Shown here: positions 59,128 through 64,000 of the stretch, piece by piece | Layout: every line of letters begins with the position of its first letter | How positions within the stretch are numbered: position 1 is the stretch's first letter | From: the human T2T-CHM13v2.0 reference genome, Homo sapiens | Length of the DNA stretch: 64,000 nucleotides | Assembly (NCBI RefSeq): GCF_009914755.1 | Contig: NC_060947.1 | Direction: 5' to 3' (one strand) | Position numbers and translations under genes: made by a program | The notes under the pieces: generated by a model | Seen by the model: only the letters and a program-made list of their open reading frames with translations | Database searches by the model: none | What the model was told of the DNA's origin: nothing

Positions 59128-61937
59128 TAACACTTGCCAGAAACAGTGAAAAGACAAACATTTCAGTTGTCAATTATTTTTTCATTACTGTATTGCTACA
59201 TAATTTAATATAATATTGGCTGTCAGAAAAAAATACTTTTTTACCTATTATTATTTGTCATGGCATTGAAAAATAATAAAATATTCGCATTCATAAAATA
59301 CTTCAAAATATCTCAGGGGATCTTTTGAATAACAGTGCCAATTTTTAATTCTATTAATATATGCAAACAGTATACATTATTATTATATGGGCTATTTTTC
59401 TTTCCATTTAGATCTTAATGTTAGAATTTGGCCTCCAAAAAGTAGGTTAAAATAAAAGGATAATTACTAGATAATTAGCAAAGTACTAGAGACTCTTTTT
59501 CTAGGGTATATGTCGTGTCAGAAAAAGCAAAAGGATTTTCAGATTTCATATAGAGTGTCATTAATTGATTTAAAGCTTAAAATGTGCTGTTTTAGCTGGG
59601 AAGAAAATCTTATACATCATGTCTTTAAATCATCATGTAGTTAAATTATTATTGGAATGAATTATTTTTTCTTATTCCACCCTTCATATTAAGGGGTACA
59701 AAGGATGAATAAGTATAAATTTTGAATTCAAGATTATAGTTATATTTTAAGTATTCCCCAAACTGACTATTCAAATAGTTGACAAAAAACAAAAACAAAA
59801 AAATGGCAGGAAAGAGGGCATTATGATTTATTTAATTTCTTGGAGAAAAAGCTATTTTTTACTTAGGTGGTCAGTGCAAGTTTGTTTGCTGTATGAATAA
59901 ATAGTTCCATTATGGTCACCAACTTTACCCTGGCTCCCTGAACATTTTCCATTTGCATACTAAAATTTTAAAATTACCATTGAACCTAATAGTCAAACAT
60001 TTTCAGCGTTATCCAAAATATTCTATAAGCTTTTAAATAGTATAATATGTTAGAACTGATCCAATTTGATACCTTGCAGTTTAAAAATCCTGTTTAAAGT
60101 CAAACTGTGCTAGATGGGACTGAGCATGTTCCTTTTGAACATGTGCAATAAATGCTCACCCATATTTAGAGTTTATTAATTTTGAGACATGGCATTGACT
60201 GCACTTATATAGAAGGATTCTGTCAAATTCTTGCAAAGAAAATCAGGAATGTATGTTTGGGATCAGATAGAGCATATAATGGTATCTGAGAAAGGTATTT
60301 CTCTTATTTTTGAACAAGGTGAATTAATCAACTAAATTCGATAGATATCATTTGTTAACTAAAAGCAATTTAGCACAACATTGAGTAATACAGTTATTTA
60401 GATCAAAGTCCACACTTGAAGCCTAAGCTGCTTGGATTCATATTATAATTGAAGCAAGGGTATATACCCTCTGAGAATTCAGCTGTGTCATGATGGTTAT
60501 GAGTTTTACAGTAGGTATACTACACAATTTCTCTGAAGCCATTTTTTTTTTTCTGAATGCAGTTTATCTTGGAAGATGTATTAGTTTGCCAAGCAAGTCC
60601 TTTCAAGAGGCATATCCTTGGTACCACACTGAGGAAATGAAGTTTGGGGACGTAAAAAGCAATATACCTTCTGAACTAAAAGCAAAATAGAAAATGGAAG
60701 AGATTTCTTGTTTATGCACATAACCATAAATAATTCTGAGGCTGTGCATACATGAAGTAACCTAGTCCCCGTATTTACTTTCACCATTCTTAGCTACATG
60801 TCTGGGGGTGGGGGGCGGAAAGTCAAGGACATTACAAACTAGTTTACACTATGTAAATTACCTAAGATAGTATCAATCAGGATTTGCCCAATAAAGTTTA
60901 GCTGCATTCACATCAAGGAAATATTTTTTAAACAATGATATACTTTAGTTTGTTAAACGTGTACTTTGCAGTGTTTAGAACAATATCATGTATTAAATAG
61001 ACAGTAAATAAATGTTTATGGAATTGAATTACAGGACAATTATTAAGCCTAAGTCCGAGCCTGAAATTAGAAAGTAGTATGATTTAAATCTGTAACAATA
61101 GAAATTTTGCTAAAACATATTTCTCTAGGTGTATGCTGAAATTCAATTCACTTCTGTGTGTATACATCCAAACACTTTTTAACCCTTAAACATATATCAA
61201 CAGCCTAATGTGAGGACAGTTTTGGAAATTGTTTAATAGAATCATCTGCAGTAATGAGAGAGGCTCCAAACTGGAAAGGCTCATTGCCTCTGCTCACTTC
61301 TCTTGTTAACATTATTAGTGTATTTATCACATGATTTCTATATGGAAAACCTCCGGTGTCTCCCTGAATTTACAGAATGAAGCTCCTTCGCATTCTCACT
61401 GTATCTCTGACTGTCTTGCTTTCTTCCTTTCTGCTCCCTTTGGTGAAGTGAGTCAATTGGTATCTTTTTGACATTTTAGCCTTTATTTCAATCAGACTCT
61501 CACTGCCGTTTTAACAGCTATTTCACTCGCTCCCTATTCTGCGTCCTTTCATTTTTCCATAGTGGCCATACCATACCTTTCCTTCTCTCCTCAAGTCTTC
61601 TGTCTCCTCCCCATTCTTTTAACTTACCACGAACATCCTAACCTGTTACTTGCCAGAGAAAAAAGAAAGCAGTTTGACTTCAAAACCTCCAATATTTCTT
61701 CTACCTACAAAGTTTTCTCTAGCTATATACCTTTTACTTATTCTCTGTCAAGCCTCAGAAAAAGAGGAGCTCCATTATCATTAACATTATTGTTGTTGCT
61801 ATTAGTATGGATAGAAACAAAATAAATATTGAGGACTTAATTTGTCAGATTCTATGAGAAGCATGTTTACTTCCACCAACTTATGTATTCCTCATGACAA
61901 ACCCTACGAGTTTGGCACTATTAATGGCTCCATATTA

Positions 61938-62273
<336 letters not shown>

Positions 62274-62699
62274 TTACTTGTCCAAGGTTACATAGTAACT
62301 AGTAGTCACAGAATTCAAATGTTAGCAGTCTGAATTTGTAGCCAGTGCTTTAACCACTGTGCTCCTGGGTTGTGGGTATGTGGGTGTGTATGTGATGCTC
62401 TACCACATGCTAATCTTCTCACTTCAGTTTTGGGCATTGTTATGCACTGCCTACTTTAGGTGGTAGTATCTCTTGCCTGCTTTCCTTCTGTTAGTTATTT
62501 TATTACTTCCTCAATTTGTCAGTTTCCACTCTGCCCTGCTCTTCAGAAAAAAAGAAAATCTTCAGTCATTTGCTGCCTGGAAAGGAGTGGATAGATGGGT
62601 GGATGGATGAATAAAAATCCTTCCTGACTGAGGTTTCTGCTTGCTACTGCCTTCTCTCCATTTCCTAGCATCAGTTTTTTTCAAAGATCAGTCTCCTTT

Positions 62700-63530
62700 T
62701 TCTCTCTGCTTCCTTAACTCTCATTCACTGTTCAACCAATGGTGATCAGAATTCTGCCTTAAATAATGCATTGAAATTGAAATAAGAAAGGCCCTTAAAT
62801 CCTGTTCACATCCAAAATACACATCAAATATACTCACTTCTCTGTCTCCATCACCACCACCTTAGCCCAAGCCAGAATCATCGTTTCAATTAACCATTAC
62901 AATATACATTTATCTTGTTTTTCCCGCTACCACTTTTGCCCTTCTCCAAATCCGTCTCGGCACAACCCTTAGTAGGATGTTTCTAGAGTGTATCTGTATT
63001 GCATCATAATTTTTATCTGCTTAAAATACCAGTGCTGTTCTATAGCACTAAAGCTACAGCATTAACTTCTTACCATGACCTAGAAGATACTATCTGGTCT
63101 GGCACCTGCCCACCTCTCCTACTTTCATCACCTGCTATTTGGCCTCTTGCTCATTATGCCTCAGCCACATTTTATTTTTGAACTTACCATGTTCTTTCCT
63201 GCTTAGGACCATTGCACATGCTGCTCCTTTACTCCTGCTTGCTGCCTCCCTCTCTTGTTTATACTTCAAGTCATAGCTTAATTTTTGCTTTCCCAGTGGT
63301 ACCTTCATTTGCCTTTCAGTCAGAAATAGATCTTCCTACTAAACTCTCCCAGATTACCTTTTTTCTTTTCCTTTCTAGAAATCATCCTGGATTTTAATTA
63401 AATGTTTATATATGAGGTTACTTCTTGACTGTCTATAATCCCAACTATATTGCAAGTTCTATAAATGGATGAACTATGTTGATTTTATTCACGTGTGCTT
63501 AACAAATATTTCTTGAATGCATTTGCATGA
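62700..63530 (+). mobile_element. LINE-2 3' region
   Basis: Pyrimidine-rich sequence (cacttctctgtctccatcaccaccacc..., ggaccattgcacatgctgctcc) ending gtgcttaacaaatatttcttgaatg. Confidence 0.65.
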
Positions 63531-63661
63531 ATGGAAAATCAAGTGGACTCTTTCAGTCCCATCTTATTCTGTATCTATATGGCATTTGATAACATAAAAG
63601 AATTTAAGCTCCTTTTTGAAACCTTTCCTCTCCTTCTTAAATAATAAATAGTATTTCCTGA

Positions 63662-63970
63662 TTTTTTTTTTTTAAGAGCTGCCTCTTAAAGCTCTTAAAG
63701 AAAGTTCTCTCTGTGTCCCCCAGGGTGGAGTGCAGTGGCGAGATCATACCTCACTGCAGCCTCGAACTCCTAGGCTCTAGTGATCCTCCCACCTCAACCT
63801 CCTGAGTAGCAAGTTCCACCATGCCCGGCTAATTTTTTTAAAAATTTTTCTGTACACATGGAGTCCCACTGTTTTGCCCAGGTTGGTGTTGAACTCCTGG
63901 CCTCTAGCAATCCTCCTGCTTCAGCCTCCCAAAATACTGGGATTATAGGTGTGTGCCACCATACCTGGCC
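63662..63970 (-). mobile_element. AluJ
   Basis: cactgcagcctcgaactcctaggctc...gatcctcccacctca. TSD tatttcctgatttt on both sides. Confidence 0.9.
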
Positions 63971-64000
63971 TTATTTCCTGATTTTAATACTCTAACCCTG

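Overview
AT-rich primate genomic DNA, most likely human, since it carries AluY/AluS/AluJ, MIR, L2, L1M and Tigger/MER elements. The window lies inside a large intron-rich gene on the + strand. Three short coding exons with GT-AG boundaries (32226-32327, 34452-34546, 58984-59085) splice in frame into [100 protein letters not shown]. This is part of the FH2 domain of a diaphanous-related formin, which I recognise as DIAPH2 (X-linked). Everything else is intron, much of it old transposon remnants. None of the ORFs in the supplied track is a credible gene: they are Alu, L1 or L2 read-throughs or chance ORFs, and the real exons are too short to appear there. I found no well-supported new biological system. 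The most unusual object is a ~130-bp GC-rich, CpG-containing insert with a pure 39-nt poly(T) tail at 49585-49756. I could not match it to a common repeat, and on the minus strand it contains a 99-nt GT-AG intron-like segment. Other leads are candidate cryptic or recursive splice sites, inverted Alu pairs around the exons, a probable deletion scar and several small hairpins and duplications. Repeat subfamily calls and boundaries are by eye and approximate.
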